Shown in pieces: positions 62,777-64,000 of a stretch of DNA of 64,000 nucleotides; the stretch's first letter is position 1, and the number at the start of each line of letters is the position of its first letter. This DNA comes from an uncultured Verrucomicrobiota bacterium (GTDB lineage: Bacteria > Verrucomicrobiota > Verrucomicrobiia > Limisphaerales > UBA8199). Under the pieces are notes generated by a model. That model did no database searches, was not told the DNA's origin, and saw only the letters and a program-made list of their open reading frames with translations. The translations under genes were made by a program, and so were the position numbers. The stretch covers positions 1 to 64,000 of the forward strand of contig CAZDOO010000001.1 in the NCBI GenBank assembly GCA_964507045.1, written 5' to 3'.

Positions 62777-64000
62777 TCAGGAGGCCGGCGGTGCTGGCAG
62801 AGGCTCCGCTGCACGTGATGCGGCGGGCCGTTTGCCTCTGCGGGATCTGGTTTTCCAATAGCGGCGGCGTGACGGTGCCGGTTTGGCTCCCGGTTCGACC
62901 CTGTCCGCCCATTGGGGCCGGACTACTGCAGAGAGGTGGAAGGCGACGAAGAGCATTAAAACGAATGCGGCGACACCCCAGGTCTCGCCAAATGATGATA
63001 TGGACATGCCGTTAGCCGCGCCAGCTACCAGGGCAGCGGTTGTTCCCACAGCGCCGGCGCGACCTGCGTTGCACGCGGACAATGCTTCTCCCAAACCCCA
63101 AAGTGCCGCAAGGAATACGATCATGAGCCCAATAAGCCCAGTGCCCAGAGCAACCGCCCAAGCTGCATTGTGCGTGTTGGTGGCGTACATCGGACCGGCC
63201 ACGCGCGCCGCCACCGCGTATCCCACACCCAGCCATGGCTTCTCCTTGAAAACCTCCGCGTATGCCTCCCACAATATCTTCCGCCCGGTGAAAGTGTCCA
63301 CCTTCTCGATCTCGCCATGAGGATCCACCACCGGCTCAAGGAATTGCGTCCCGGCCAAGGCAGCCCCCAATCCAAGCGTGATGACCAGGATTGCCAGAAA
63401 CCCGCGACCAGATTTGGAAAGCAGAAAAGCGACCGCACTTCCCATCAGAAGCGACCACCAGCTCGCAAGGCTCCAGGAGAGGAACGCTAACGTGATCCCC
63501 ACGACGGTCGCCACCCACAGTCGCCAACGGCCTTCACGTCGCCCGCCGCGCAACATCTCGCCCGCCCCGTAGCAGGCAAGCATGGCCGCCCCCGCGCCGG
63601 TTGCATTACTGCGGAAGCTCTCCGACGAGCCACCCCCTCCCATCACAAGAATTTTGACCACCGGAAACGCCAACGCACAGACACACTGGAACAGAAGCAG
63701 CTTTTCCGCCTGTCGAAAACTACCAGCTGCCCCCAGAATGACCAGCAAGCCAATAGACAGTGCCGCGAACTCCCCGGCGCGAAACGCCGAGTAGCGCGGG
63801 AGGGACGACCACGCGGCCGAGGCAATCGCCAGAACAAAGAACCCAAGCAAAAAGCTCCCCGAGGTCCGGGACAACCGCTGCCACAGCCGCCAAAGCCGGC
63901 CCGGTTGCAGAATTAACAGCAGAACAACTACTGCGGCGATCGCGATCTCAGCGAACGCATACGTGTCTACGGTAACAAAGTCCTCGCGCCTCCGTTGAAA
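62777..64000 (-). CDS. Wzy/O-antigen-ligase-like polysaccharide polymerase; 5' end runs off the window
   Basis: Multi-TM protein. FTGRKILWEAYAEVFKEKPWLGVGYAV is the Wzy_C loop. The reading frame stays open upstream of the listed TTG start through to position 64000. Confidence 0.6.
   Translation of the reverse strand, partial: FQRRREDFVTVDTYAFAEIAIAAVVVLLLILQPGRLWRLWQRLSRTSGSFLLGFFVLAIASAAWSSLPRYSAFRAGEFAALSIGLLVILGAAGSFRQAEKLLLFQCVCALAFPVVKILVMGGGGSSESFRSNATGAGAAMLACYGAGEMLRGGRREGRWRLWVATVVGITLAFLSWSLASWWSLLMGSAVAFLLSKSGRGFLAILVITLGLGAALAGTQFLEPVVDPHGEIEKVDTFTGRKILWEAYAEVFKEKPWLGVGYAVAARVAGPMYATNTHNAAWAVALGTGLIGLMIVFLAALWGLGEALSACNAGRAGAVGTTAALVAGAANGMSISSFGETWGVAAFVLMLFVAFHLSAVVRPQWADRVEPGAKPAPSRRRYWKTRSRRGKRPAASRAAEPLPAPPAS

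Overview
This 64 kb window is a high-GC (about 62%) bacterial chromosomal segment. Twin-arginine signals on enzymes, a DUF1080 protein, GH127, alpha/beta-hydrolase esterases and an exosortase locus suggest a Verrucomicrobia/Planctomycetes-like organism. Core genes include gmhB, an LPS heptosyltransferase, ispH, rpsT, feoAB, the glnK-amt-glnA nitrogen cluster, metG and a UbiD-family decarboxylase. There are tRNA-Pro and tRNA-Phe, an NfeD-flotillin operon, and a GH127/esterase group. A large exosortase/polysaccharide locus (51.4 to 64 kb) holds an XrtA-EpsI fusion, two Wzy/O-antigen-ligase-like genes, GT4/GT2/WecB glycosyltransferases, and an MBOAT gene with a DltD/AlgJ-like partner. Several features are unusual. 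Six intergenic long hairpin elements are each built from their own short tandem oligomers, and two copies share an 80 bp flank in inverted orientation. In-frame (CCCTCAA)n heptamer tracts encoding PSTLNPQ sit inside ubiD, an amidohydrolase and metG, and (GCTGAAAN)n octamer tracts sit inside the exosortase gene. A DRG-like GTPase is interrupted by an in-frame TAG. An ORF6N/ORF6C gene lies between about 290 bp direct duplications of the metG 5' end. A ParDE toxin-antitoxin pair is bracketed by a duplicated, collapsed 3' fragment of the adjacent ligase gene next to tRNA-Phe. There are two low-GC islets: a small two-gene cassette, and a BNR/sialidase-like lipoprotein with an IS200-like Y1 transposase plus a transposase start remnant. 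No CRISPR array was seen.
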